This document shows, in pieces, positions 1-10,941 of a DNA stretch of 64,000 nt (positions are counted from its first letter, which is position 1; each line of letters opens with the position of its first letter). Source of the stretch: Paraphysomonas bandaiensis (Eukaryota > Protista > Chrysophyceae). A program made the translations under genes and the position numbers. The notes beneath the pieces are model-generated. The model made no database searches and had not been told where the DNA came from. It saw nothing but the letters and a program-made list of their open reading frames with translations. The DNA is taken from assembly GCA_965644295.1 (NCBI GenBank), contig CBFFRP010000303.1, forward strand, positions 23,251-87,250, given 5' to 3'.

Positions 1-21
1 CAGCTTTGAATTGAGAGGGAG

Positions 22-290
22 TGTTGAGTTTTGCTGTTTGAGCAATTAAAAGCTGTAATTCTAAGATATTGGAATTATGACGGTTACTGGAGAATACCGT
101 AGTGGTTAACTGTATTATGAGAAGTGATATCATGACGATGTAAGATCGTACTAGAAATGAATGGTAGTAGAGATAACGTGATATATTGCTTATTATATTT
201 TTTTTTAATCTTCTCTCATCTTAACTTGATTCATGAGTGAATACACGTCCAGTTAACTTAGTAATCATCCAATTGTGTCATAACTTGACA
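22..290 (+). repeat. LTR (family A, ~269 bp), preceded by a PPT and followed by a PBS
   Basis: TGTTGAG...TTGACA termini. GAGAGGGAG polypurine tract at 13-21, TGGTAGCG at 291. Same sequence recurs split as 2189-2295 + 7804-7970. Confidence 0.9.
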
Positions 291-781
291 TGGTAGCGCA
301 TGGTAGTTGGAAGCAACTGCTGAAGTGTGACCATTGGAATGGAACTGGACAGAGAAGTAGGAGTGATACTGCTGTGTACAGTAGAAACATACAGTATATA
401 GGATATAAAACCAGTATTATTTTTGAAAATCGGGATTTTTTGATACGAACATGACAGAAAAAAAGTAGACTGGAAAAGATGACTGCGACTGTGCGTGTAT
501 GTTATAGTGGTTGATGAATGTATGAACCCTCTGCATGAAGAGACCCCATATAATTATCAGAATGATGTCTACAATCGCGTGTGGATGTAGTGTGAGCACG
601 GTGATTCAGTAATGTGTCTGATTGTGTGGATGGGGGTGCAGTGCTATCGATGGGGGTGCGAGTGATGAGGACTCGTGTCCATTGTGTTATATATGATGAG
701 AGTAGTTCCTCATGAGATAGATGGAGTGCTATCGATGAGGGGGCAATGTGATATCAAGAGTCGCATCAATTAAGCCTACAT

Positions 782-1770
782 TTGGTTGAAGAGTTCAACC
801 ATTTAATCGGACCATACCGTCATGTTGATGAAGGCTTCCTGTTTAGAGCTGCGAGAGTCGTAGTTCGGAAGGGTCCGATTGTGGCTTATAGAGCCTTAGT
901 AACTGCTGGTAGAGAGCAGTTGGAGGAGAACTCCATTGCATGTTGGGGATGTTGTATCTTTAACCAATATATGTATAAACGCTGGTGGTACGAAAAACCT
1001 GCGACCCGTGACGATGGGGCAGGTGGTGAGGAGCGATCGATGCCGGCTGGGGGTGGGACACCCAAACAGTTTACGGCAGATGACTCATCGGGGATAGAGA
1101 TCCCAAGTGCCTACCCGAGAGAAGCGTTAGCGCTATGTCTAGTAGAGAGTCAAGCGTGTGTGTCCCTAGCAGGAGTAACGCTGCTAACCCGACTGCCTCA
1201 GGCAAAAAGGGTACGCACCCGAAGAGTTGTGACTGATGTGTCCACTCTGGGTGAGATCAACTTCCTATGTGGGGAAGATGCCGTTCATCAGTGGAGACCA
1301 GTGAGAAGAGTGTATGAGGCACATGTGTATGTACTGCATCGACGGCGTCTGGGGAGACCAGTAAGAGTTGTGTTGGTACTGTTCGTATTATATCTAGTGA
1401 AATTAGTGTGAACCGTGTCTGTGAGACTGTACCTGCTGAGTCTAGGGAGACTTGTGTGGTAAGCGTACGGGTGTTGACTAGTAGTGTGTCCACCCTGGGT
1501 GAGGTAAACCTTTATGATGAGGAGATTGTCAATCTGTGTGATGACAGTGACTGTTCTAATAACTAACATAATATGTCTAATTATAGAGAGACCAAGGCAT
1601 AATATATGAGAAGTTTGTTAATTGCCTTGATTTGCTTCAGTATCAGGCTATGTCTGCTGGCATGCAGGAACTGGTGTGGCTTCGGGGGGTGTTTGTCGAA
1701 CTGGGATTTCGATTGTACGAACCCACTCCATTCTTCCTGACAGCCAGAGCGCACGTGACTTAGCGTTGAA
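782..1770 (+). pseudogene. Degenerate copia pol remnants (integrase C-terminal/linker segment and RNase H fragment)
   Basis: HLIGPYRHVDEGFLFRAARVVVRKGPIVAYRALVTAGR aligns to HLVKTFHIDDEDGLLYKTTRVVERKGVIVGYRSLVTAGR of the intact element. About 1650-1770 encodes AGMQELVWLRGVFVELG...PTPFF, matching AAMQELVWLRGVLRELG...PTPFF. Confidence 0.85.
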
Positions 1771-2295
1771 GTTGAATGATGTGGTGTGATTGATCTCAGT
1801 GACGAGGATAAGAAATCATACGTGCTGTTATCAGAGACAGAAGATCTTTCAGATGTGTTGTCTATGGTGAGACTTGCTGAAACGTCGGAGTCATACGTCC
1901 ACCGGTTTGTCCTATGAGGTTTTTGGTGGTTGCGTATCCGTCAGTTATGTCTCGTGATATGAAGAGTCTATCATGTCTCGTGATATGAAGAGTCTATCTT
2001 CAGCTTTGAATTGAGAGGGAGTGTTGAGTTTTGCTGTTGGAGCAATTAAAAGCTGTAATTCTACCCATCAGTTATGTCTTGCGATGTGAAGATTCAATGT
2101 ACAGCTCATGAGGTCTTGGTGGTTGCGTATCCGTCAGTTATGTCTCGTGGTTTGAAAAATCAATGTACAGCTTTGAATTGAGAGGGAGTGTTGAGTTTTG
2201 CTGTTTGAGCAATTAAAAGCTGTAATTCTAAGATATTGGAATTATGACGGTTACTGGAGAATACCGTAGTGGTTAACTGTATTATGAGAAGTGAT

Positions 2296-2615
2296 TATTG
2301 ACTAAAGACCATTTTCAGATGATTAAGATCGTTGTAAGAGAAGTTTAAGTTAGTCAAACCAGATAGATTACTTTATTATAATTGTATACACAATTGTGTG
2401 TGTTGTCATGTAACACATGTCAACAACATGATAAATTATTTCGTTCATGTTAACCACTGCTCAACTTCCGTATCTTGAATCGTCATGATATAATACTTCA
2501 GTTTCACAGTTATAGCTATATAGCACCTTTGACTATTGACTACGTATTACTGTTTTTCACATTGTATTTAACGTATTCTACAGTACTATCTTAGAGAACC
2601 ATACGTATTCCAACA
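2296..2615 (-). repeat. 3' LTR of copia family B
   Basis: Direct repeat of 7484-7803. PPT (TTGAGGAGGAG on minus) lies immediately adjacent at 2616-2626. Confidence 0.95.
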
Positions 2616-2781
2616 CTCCTCCTCAATGTAGAAACGAGTAATCGTCATTATACTGCAGCTATATATATCATCTAGTCATCTTAGGATAAAACGGATGTGA
2701 AAATCTTCATAAAGATACTGTGAACATCACACTTCGCTGTAACACAGTTATGTGGGATTCTTACCCACTAAAAACACACCC

Positions 2782-5700
2782 TTAACCTTTCTTGAACCGC
2801 TTCTTCTGATTCTTCTCAACTTCATTTGAAATGCTCCTCTTTTCCCCTGTGATAGTTTCTTCATGGAGTTTAAAGAGCTTTGTAGATAACGCTTTTGTAA
2901 ATATGTCGGCCGCCATATCCTTAGTCGATACATGAATCAATCTGGCTGTAGGAAACCTTCCATTTACGTGTTCCCGAACCCAGTGGTACTTTATCTGAAT
3001 ATGTTTTGATCTTTTGTGATAGACTGGATTTTCTGACAGATCTTTTGCACTCTTGCTGTCCATGAAGAATGGGGTTGGCTTCGTCAATGCGAGTCCTAGC
3101 TCTCGTAACACCCCCCGTAGCCACACCAGTTCTTGCATGGCCGCATATTCAGCCATATACTCGGACTCCATACTGGAAGTTGCAACTGTAGTCTGCAGTT
3201 TGGACTGCCATGCGATTGCTCCAGCACATAAGAATACAATATAACCGGTAGTTGAACGTCTCGTTAGTATATCACCTGCCCAGTCCGCATCACTAAATAC
3301 ATGTAAATCAAACTTACTCCCACTGAATTTGATTCCTTTGCTGGTGGTGCCTCTCAAATATTTCAATAAATGAATAGCTAAACGACACGATGCGTATGTA
3401 GGATTACTGCTGTATCTCGATAGTAATCCGATTGCATAGGCGAGATCTGGTCTTGTGTGGAGTGCGAGATACAGGATTGCTCCAATAATACTACGATACG
3501 GAAATTTTGAGACCCAGTCCTCCTGTTCTGATGTAAGTTCCCGTTCTGCAGCTAGTAGTTCTTGTGCATTTGATGGCAACGGAGCTTCCTTATTCTTTCT
3601 ACTGTTTCCCATGACATGGTTGAATTTCTGAATCACTTTCTCCGCATACTGTGATTGATCTAGTTTGAACCAGTCTTCGCCTCTCGTGATTCGAATATTT
3701 AGGAAACTTTGGCACTCTCCCATGTCCCTCATTTCAAACGTTTGGCAGAACTTGTTCTTGACAAAAACAAGGAATTCAAAATCCACAGATGCGATTATGA
3801 TGTCATCTACATACAGGAGTAATAACGTAAGTTTGCCTTGGTGCCAACGATAATATAAGCAGGTATCTAACACGCATGATCTAAACTGCATTGACTTTAT
3901 GAATTTATCGATGTGGCGATTCCACTGACGCGGTGAGGCTCGTAAACCATATAGTGCTTTGATGAGTTTAAAACACCATCCATTGCTGAGCTCCTCATCT
4001 GGAGGTGGGTACATGTAGACATCTTCATCTAAATTTGCATAACAAAATGCAGAACTGACATCAAGCTGGTGTACATGCATATGGAACATAAAAGCAATTG
4101 CAATCACGAGCCTGATAGTTATCCCTTTGACAACCGGTGCAAATGTAGATGGCTCCTCCTCAGTTTTCTCCTGAAGATTTCCTAGTGCGACTAGTCGAGC
4201 TTTATACTTCTGTATGTTGCCTAGTATGTCACGCTTGAGTTTGTGAACATACTTACATCTGATTAATTTGACCCCAGATGGTCGACGTACTATCTTCAAA
4301 ACGCCTCTTCGTAAAAGAGCTTTCTTCTCTATTCGTCTGGCTGTTCTCCATTCTTCCGCTTGAGGGGACCTCTCCGCCTCTAGAAAACTGTTCGGTTCAT
4401 GGACGTGTTTATTCTCAGTACTCTCCTCTGAATCCATGACATTTACATCGGCATCCATTACCTCTATCATGTTAATTTCTCCTAACACTGAAGCATTAGC
4501 TAGCCTCCTCCGTAAACGCTTACGTTTCTCTGCATCCCTTTTAGATACTCTCTGTAGGGTATTAGTACTGTTAGAATTTATAGTATCAGTATATTCAGGT
4601 ACTCCCTGTTTTACTGCTCGATCAGGTTCTCCCTGAGCTGCATCTGCATCAAGTACTCCTTGAGTCATATCTTCATCAGGTGCTCCCTGAATAATACCAT
4701 GGTTAACTAGCTGCTCCTGATGGCTCTCAGGTGCTGGGATAGTGGACGTACTCCGTCCATCAGTGGTACTAGAAGCGTCCCTCGTTCCCGTATATCCCGT
4801 GTATCCAGGCGTATTCCTTGTCATTACCTGAACATCTTCTATATGTATGGGTACCTTCTGCTCAATGTGGGTTCTCCCCGCAGTTACAAGTGACCGATAA
4901 CCAACAATGACACCCTTTCTTTCTACCACTCTGGTGGTCTTGTACAACAGCCCGTCTTCATCGTCTATGTGAAAAGTCTTCACGAGATGCTGATAATCAT
5001 TCACCGTCTTTGGTCTAGGTGCTGTTCGTACTCGAAGAGCGTCGATTTCTGCGTAATATTCTTCGGTGCGGGAAGGTATACTCTCATCTGTGAGTATGTG
5101 TACACACGTAATTACCTTATCGGTTGCTGGGAGATACACCTGGTATCCAACTTTATCTTCCGAATATCCCACTAGGTATCCAATCTTTGATTTATCGTCC
5201 CAGTCCTTTCGCCTGTCCGCCTTAGGTGTCAATATATAAGTTTTGCACCCCCATACTCTAAAATATTTCAAACTGGGTGGCTGACCCGTGACATACTCAT
5301 ATGGGGACATGTATCCTCTGTCCGTCCTTGTAGGGAGTCTGATCAGTGTATAGCGAGCAGCATGATACGCGTCTAACCAGAATGGAACCGGTAGGCCTGA
5401 CTGCAACAACATCGCCAACGCCATCTCTGATGCAGTCCTGAATTTTCGCTCCTCTACTGCATTCATTTCCGGACTATCTGTTGAAGACCAAGTATGTTTG
5501 TAGCAGCCTTGTGATCTCAAATAGCTCCTAAGTTCTTGATTTATGAGTTCTCCAGCTCCATCAGCGTGGTAGTGGTCCACTCTCAGCTTATATTGCCTAA
5601 TCTCTCCTTCGAACACCTCTCTAAAAAACTGAATCACTTCTTCTTTAGTACGCTGGTTTACGCCTTTTACCCAGAACATCCTACTCGGGTGATGAGTTAG

Positions 5701-7500
5701 TTTGATCACGTAGCGCTCATCACCTCGAGCGGGAGTATTCAGAAATACTTGCACATCAGCCGATATGTCCGGCTTGACATCCGTATCCTCCTTTGTGTGA
5801 AACGAAACTCTCGTAATCTTTGATCTGGCACATATGCTACAGAGACAAGATTTTTTTAATGCAGTCTTCGATAGGTGCTTCCTCTGCAGATTTGAGCCAG
5901 TGAACAACATCCTTCTATGTGCCTCCGTTAGAGCCCCTTTGTTGAAATGGCCCATTCTCCTATGCAGCAGTTCCAGCTCGTCCTCACCAGTCCTATCGCT
6001 AAGATTTACTTCACAATTACTCGGTGTAGACACATCTGGAAGCTCCAACAGCTGCTGAGTTGGAACTGCAGTCATTCCATTCTTCATGGGTCCCTCCAGT
6101 ACCAGCTCACCGGTATTACAGTCATAAATTTGGATCCCATACCACACCGTGAATCGATAGCCCATTTCGTTCAGCTTACGTCCGGAGCACAGGCATCGAT
6201 TGATCTGATCTGAAATTTCTATGTCTCTCCATGCTCCACGGGAACCCACACTTGTGATATGAATCTCTGATCCCTTCTTAGATCCGTTTATCACCTTTGA
6301 TGTATTCATATGAGTGTCAAGCATGGTCACATCATTCATCAAGAACATTGATGATGAACAGCATGTATCTATGTATGTATAGTGTTCAGCAGTACCAATC
6401 ATACAACATGTGTCACTTTTATCATATATATCAACAGCGCAGTCATAAAGCATATTCGCTTCGGACTCCGAGTCAGACTCGGTTCCTCCTCTGCGGATAT
6501 TCTCGAATGTGAAAACCTTCCCAGATTTCTGGGGTTTCTTGGTCTTTCCAGTCGAATTTCGGGGACATTCGTTCGCGCGATGGTTTTTGGATTTGCATAC
6601 TCTGCATCCTGTATATTCCTTACTGCCCGGTCTTTGTCCCTTCGTTTCCCCCTTTTTCTTCCTACATTGTTCTGTATTATGATTGTGTATTATACCTTTC
6701 TTCGAGCAATAAGTGCACTTCCTCTTTGTAGATACTCTCTCTTTCTTTCGAGGCTTTTCAATATGATTCAGCTCCTCCGTGCTCTTGCGCTTCTTCTCTA
6801 TGATTTTCCTCCCATACTTGGTGTCGTCGAACTGTTCGATACGTTTGGATAGCAATTCATATGGTACATCATCGGGCATTAAATACAGGGCATAATTCAA
6901 ACCGTCATATTCATCACTGATAATTCCCTCCTTCAGCCTACTAATTTTTGATTCTTCCGTTACCGTTTGGTTATGCGCCTGAAGTTCACGAAGAAGCAGC
7001 TCAAAACGCAGTACATACTCTTTCGCGGTCTCCCCTGGCTTCATCTCGAATGATCCAAACTGAGCAAGCAGAGCACTAATCTTGTTTTGTGTTCCCCCTT
7101 CAAAACACGATTTAAGAGTGCTAACCATCTCTCTGGCGCTGAACTTATTAACTCTTCCTTCAGCTGCCTTGAACTCCTTGTGCTTCAGATGAAACTTCTG
7201 CAGCGCCTTCGGAGATCGCTTCACCGCCTCTCTGCAGTATGAGTAGGCAATTGCATTCGCCTTCCAATACTTGTCCACCGCTTCTTTGTAGGACTTGGTC
7301 TCAAGACTATTCAGGGGTTGAATTCCGAAATCCTCTTCCTCTGGTGGCCTTTCTAGAGCCACCTCACTCTGCTCCTTTCTCATAAGGAACGTCTCAAAGT
7401 CTTCGATCCATTGTTCAACGTTGCTCTCGTCGAACCATGGAACATCAGCTCTATCCTCCTTCTCTCCTCCGCATTCGCTACCATATTGACTAAAGACCAT
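2782..7500 (-). CDS. Copia Gag-Pol polyprotein (Gag zinc knuckles, protease, integrase, RT, RNase H)
   Basis: CRVCKSKNHRANEC knuckle; YIDTCCS protease-like site; LHRRMGH..CSIC, HADGAGE, EMNAVEER integrase; YKARLVA, LYGLRASPRQW, YVDD RT; DADWAGD RNase H. IN precedes RT (copia order). First in-frame ATG at 7500. Confidence 0.97.
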   Translation of the reverse strand: MVFSQYGSECGGEKEDRADVPWFDESNVEQWIEDFETFLMRKEQSEVALERPPEEEDFGIQPLNSLETKSYKEAVDKYWKANAIAYSYCREAVKRSPKALQKFHLKHKEFKAAEGRVNKFSAREMVSTLKSCFEGGTQNKISALLAQFGSFEMKPGETAKEYVLRFELLLRELQAHNQTVTEESKISRLKEGIISDEYDGLNYALYLMPDDVPYELLSKRIEQFDDTKYGRKIIEKKRKSTEELNHIEKPRKKERVSTKRKCTYCSKKGIIHNHNTEQCRKKKGETKGQRPGSKEYTGCRVCKSKNHRANECPRNSTGKTKKPQKSGKVFTFENIRRGGTESDSESEANMLYDCAVDIYDKSDTCCMIGTAEHYTYIDTCCSSSMFLMNDVTMLDTHMNTSKVINGSKKGSEIHITSVGSRGAWRDIEISDQINRCLCSGRKLNEMGYRFTVWYGIQIYDCNTGELVLEGPMKNGMTAVPTQQLLELPDVSTPSNCEVNLSDRTGEDELELLHRRMGHFNKGALTEAHRRMLFTGSNLQRKHLSKTALKKSCLCSICARSKITRVSFHTKEDTDVKPDISADVQVFLNTPARGDERYVIKLTHHPSRMFWVKGVNQRTKEEVIQFFREVFEGEIRQYKLRVDHYHADGAGELINQELRSYLRSQGCYKHTWSSTDSPEMNAVEERKFRTASEMALAMLLQSGLPVPFWLDAYHAARYTLIRLPTRTDRGYMSPYEYVTGQPPSLKYFRVWGCKTYILTPKADRRKDWDDKSKIGYLVGYSEDKVGYQVYLPATDKVITCVHILTDESIPSRTEEYYAEIDALRVRTAPRPKTVNDYQHLVKTFHIDDEDGLLYKTTRVVERKGVIVGYRSLVTAGRTHIEQKVPIHIEDVQVMTRNTPGYTGYTGTRDASSTTDGRSTSTIPAPESHQEQLVNHGIIQGAPDEDMTQGVLDADAAQGEPDRAVKQGVPEYTDTINSNSTNTLQRVSKRDAEKRKRLRRRLANASVLGEINMIEVMDADVNVMDSEESTENKHVHEPNSFLEAERSPQAEEWRTARRIEKKALLRRGVLKIVRRPSGVKLIRCKYVHKLKRDILGNIQKYKARLVALGNLQEKTEEEPSTFAPVVKGITIRLVIAIAFMFHMHVHQLDVSSAFCYANLDEDVYMYPPPDEELSNGWCFKLIKALYGLRASPRQWNRHIDKFIKSMQFRSCVLDTCLYYRWHQGKLTLLLLYVDDIIIASVDFEFLVFVKNKFCQTFEMRDMGECQSFLNIRITRGEDWFKLDQSQYAEKVIQKFNHVMGNSRKNKEAPLPSNAQELLAAERELTSEQEDWVSKFPYRSIIGAILYLALHTRPDLAYAIGLLSRYSSNPTYASCRLAIHLLKYLRGTTSKGIKFSGSKFDLHVFSDADWAGDILTRRSTTGYIVFLCAGAIAWQSKLQTTVATSSMESEYMAEYAAMQELVWLRGVLRELGLALTKPTPFFMDSKSAKDLSENPVYHKRSKHIQIKYHWVREHVNGRFPTARLIHVSTKDMAADIFTKALSTKLFKLHEETITGEKRSISNEVEKNQKKRFKKG
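7469..7483 (-). promoter_or_regulatory. Primer-binding site (initiator tRNA-Met type, TGGTAGCG...)
   Basis: TGGTAGCGAATGCGG directly after the 5' LTR. TGGTAGCG is also the PBS of family A at 291. Confidence 0.75.
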
Positions 7501-7803
7501 TTTCAGATGATTAAGATCGTTGTAAGAGAAGTTTAAGTTAGTCAAACCAGATAGATTACTTTATTATAATTGTATACACAATTGTGTGTGTTGTCATGTA
7601 ACACATGTCAACAACATGATAAATTATTTCGTTCATGTTAACCACTGCTCAACTTCCGTATCTTGAATCGTCATGATATAATACTTCAGTTTCACAGTTA
7701 TAGCTATATAGCACCTTTGACTATTGACTACGTATTACTGTTTTTCACATTGTATTTAACGTATTCTACAGTACTATCTTAGAGAACCATACGTATTCCA
7801 ACA
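7484..7803 (-). repeat. 5' LTR of copia family B
   Basis: Direct repeat of 2296-2615; termini TGTTG...CAATA on minus. Confidence 0.95.
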
Positions 7804-8372
7804 GTGATATCATGACGATGTAAGATCGTACTAGAAATGAATGGTAGTAGAGATAACGTGATATATTGCTTATTATATTTTTTTTTAATCTTCTCTCATC
7901 TTAACTTGATTCATGAGTGAATACACGTCCAGTTAACTTAGTAATCATCCAATTGTGTCATAACTTGACAATATCGATAGTTTTGATCAAAGTTTTTGGA
8001 AGTTCTATAGCGGCGATTATGCCCCAAATTTGCTGATAGTGTGTGATAACTGAATACTTGTGACTTGGGGATGTCGTCTCAAAGCAAACAGATCAAAAGG
8101 TATCAATACAGTAAATACTAAATCAAGCAGTAAACATTTCCTGGTATTTCTATCTAATACTTAAAGTTATTAGTTATATAGAAGCGCTATATCAAGTCCC
8201 CCCGCCAAAACACCGCTCTGCTATGAAATCGCATCTACCTATGCAAGTGACTCAAGGATTCAGTATACAATCAGGATACAATATACCCCTTCCATCTACC
8301 ATTGATCACATTTACATACCCTACTTTCATAGCAGATTTCCTTAAGATATACTACACAATTTTCTCCATTTC

Positions 8373-10400
8373 TTAACACTCAACGTTTCCAGCCAGATAC
8401 ACCCTTAACACATCTTGACACAGAAACACAACATAGAGAGCCAACATCGTCCACCCCAGGCCGTAGCTCATCTTCCACGACGAGATGACGATACTGGTTA
8501 TTACCGCAGCAACCATACCAACCAACACCACTACAGATATGAACAGATTATCTGCGCCCACAACCACCGGGCAGTCCATGACAATATTAAAAAGCATCCA
8601 CGGAACGGGAAGTCCAACACAGACATCGAATATGTTGCTACCAATTGAAGATGAGACGGCCATATCACCCTTACCCGCTTTAGCCACTACAACAGAGGAT
8701 AAAAGATCTGGAACACTCGTTCCAGCAGCAAGAATGGTGAGCCCCATCACCACTGCAGGTACACCAATGGTAGCTCCCAGTGTTGTAATCCAATCTACGA
8801 GTAAGTAGGAATAGGCTCCGATCCAAGCGATTGCAGCAAAAAATTCGAAGAAACACCACCCACCGTTACCTGGAATACGAACATCTTTTATACCTACAGT
8901 GCACGCAAGGGTCCATGTTATAGGAGCCATAAATAGGTACATCATATTGCTTTTCCAGTTGTCCTTAGGAAAATCCAGCAACTCTCCCCATATTCCCTCC
9001 GCGGCCTCCGCCGCAATCTCCGCGTCATGCAGCTTATCATCCCAAAACGGCGAGTGTTCAAACCAATCCGAAAACTCCTCCCAAGATATCAGCCCTTTAC
9101 TGTTCTCTTTATCTTTAAACTTCTGAATAGCTTCCTCTAGTTCAGTAGGGTGATGATGCACCTGCATTCTTGTCAACAACTTCGTCAAGTTTTCGACAGG
9201 AATGTATCCTGTCTTATTTACATCGAATTCGTTAAACATTTTTCTTTCTTCATTTTGTAATCTCTCTGCCGACTTAACATACCAAACAGTAAATTCGGAA
9301 AAATCGACAACGCCATTTTGGTCAATATCGAGTTCCTTCATTACTTCGGCAACATGTTCATCGGTTATGCTGTCCGTATTCATATCACACAATTGTAGTA
9401 GAAGACTTTTAATTTCTTGTGCATCTAGATTGCCTGATTTATCGGTGTCTAACTTATCAAAAACGGTACGGACATCACCCTTAATTTTATACACGACATG
9501 AACTCCAGCAGTGTCAAACACAGATGCATTTTGCGTGAGAAGTTGAACAAAACCCGCCCGGTAATGTGAAGGAAACACCAATGATCCGCGGCGCATGACC
9601 TTGTCGTCATATTCATCGCTATCTTCGTCACCAATTTTATTTCCAACAAAATGATGATAGAGCTTCTCGTTGTAGGCCATTAAAGTGCAATACCCAAGGT
9701 ACAACAGAAACAGAAAGCAAGCCTCCCACCCTTCAATAATACCTGGAGAATTTACACCAAACACAAGAGCAACCATCAGTAGAGTGACGATGTAATAAAG
9801 ACTATCGCGGGCGAGCGGCCATCCAGTGAGTTTCAACGGTGCCAAATCTTTAGGTGTAAACATTACACAACACGCTATGACAAACAAGACATTGAAAACC
9901 GCAGACCCAACGATAGTACCGAAGCCAACATCAGATCCCTGAAACGTACCAATTAAAGAGGTCGCCAATTCTGGAGCAGACCCCCCTGCAGCCATAAGAG
10001 TAGCGCCCGCAACATCGTCACTGACCTCCCACCGTGCAGCAATTTCCTCCAATGCCGGCACGAAAAATTCATCGCACACGATGGCAATTGCAACAAAGAG
10101 ATAAAGACATCCAATAAAGTATCCAACTGCGAGTCCAGGAGGATTCGCTGGTTCTGGACACCCGTTCCTATCGTCTTTGTCATCGTCATTCGAAGGGAGA
10201 TCGCAGAGTGGGCTGCGGGTCAAACGTCTACTGGTATGTAAAGTCAGACTCGATGTGACATTTTCCCGGTATGTATATACTACAAATAGGGCGAATACAG
10301 CCATAGCGCAGAAAGACGCAACTTCAACCCATTTCGGAGCGCCAAGTCGAAGTCGCCGTTGCTTTCTCTGACCTTTATCTACATCTCTATTTCTACCCAT
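8373..10400 (-). CDS. K+-dependent Na+/Ca2+ exchanger (NCKX/SLC24 family) with four EF-hand-like motifs in the central loop
   Basis: Alpha-1 GATLMAAGGSAPE and GTIVGSAVFN; alpha-2 AAGTSVPD and GSNIFD; EF loops DTDKSGNLDAQE, DIDQNGVVDFSE, DVNKTGYIPVEN, DKENSKGLISWEE. Intronless. Confidence 0.93.
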   Translation of the reverse strand: MGRNRDVDKGQRKQRRLRLGAPKWVEVASFCAMAVFALFVVYTYRENVTSSLTLHTSRRLTRSPLCDLPSNDDDKDDRNGCPEPANPPGLAVGYFIGCLYLFVAIAIVCDEFFVPALEEIAARWEVSDDVAGATLMAAGGSAPELATSLIGTFQGSDVGFGTIVGSAVFNVLFVIACCVMFTPKDLAPLKLTGWPLARDSLYYIVTLLMVALVFGVNSPGIIEGWEACFLFLLYLGYCTLMAYNEKLYHHFVGNKIGDEDSDEYDDKVMRRGSLVFPSHYRAGFVQLLTQNASVFDTAGVHVVYKIKGDVRTVFDKLDTDKSGNLDAQEIKSLLLQLCDMNTDSITDEHVAEVMKELDIDQNGVVDFSEFTVWYVKSAERLQNEERKMFNEFDVNKTGYIPVENLTKLLTRMQVHHHPTELEEAIQKFKDKENSKGLISWEEFSDWFEHSPFWDDKLHDAEIAAEAAEGIWGELLDFPKDNWKSNMMYLFMAPITWTLACTVGIKDVRIPGNGGWCFFEFFAAIAWIGAYSYLLVDWITTLGATIGVPAVVMGLTILAAGTSVPDLLSSVVVAKAGKGDMAVSSSIGSNIFDVCVGLPVPWMLFNIVMDCPVVVGADNLFISVVVLVGMVAAVITSIVISSWKMSYGLGWTMLALYVVFLCQDVLRVYLAGNVEC

Positions 10401-10941
10401 TGTGAAGGGTGAGCACTATAATTCTATGACTTCTTGCAGAAATTTGGTCCAGTGGAGGGGCATTGATGAAGAAGAAACTTGGCTATGAGTATGTGTGGGC
10501 TGTTGTTGTATTAATACTGTGGATGAGATGCATGGAGATGGAGCCGCTATGGAGACTCTAGATGAATGTTGAAACGTCCAGATCAATGTACAGCAACACT
10601 CCATATAGAATACACTGTATTCCACACTCATGTGTTGCAACCGCCGCTTTCAGTTTATGTGGCGTCACTGCTTTGAAGTCTGCTGCTCTATACTCACAGT
10701 GATAGTATCTTGTGGAGTCATCCATTTTTCAGTATAGCAGTCGGCATCAATGTGACCAGAAACGTTGAGCGGTACCGCAGTATTCAATGCAAGTCTTTTA
10801 AACTCAATCTCCGGTCAATTACATCACTCTACGTGACGCTTTATCTCTGCATCGCATTGATATTCTACTGTAGCTGATTCAGTAAAAGTAACGAGTTACT
10901 TTCTTTTACTTTAGTTTCTAGCCTAATTGATAAGAACAACA

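Larger units (their letters stand above)
2296..7803 (-). mobile_element. Full-length intact Ty1/copia LTR retrotransposon (family B)
   Basis: Two 320-bp LTRs that look identical by eye, 5-bp TSD GTGAT (2291-2295, 7804-7808), PBS, PPT and one uninterrupted gag-pol ORF. Confidence 0.97.
22..7970 (+). mobile_element. Internally deleted non-autonomous copia derivative (family A) whose 3' LTR is interrupted by the intact copia
   Basis: LTR-PBS-degenerate pol fragments-PPT-LTR order. The 3' LTR is split at GTGAT by the 2296-7803 insertion. Confidence 0.8.

Noticed and set aside
2921-6852. Short antisense and alternative-frame ORFs within the copia element
   Set aside because: Shadows of the gag-pol frame with no independent motifs.
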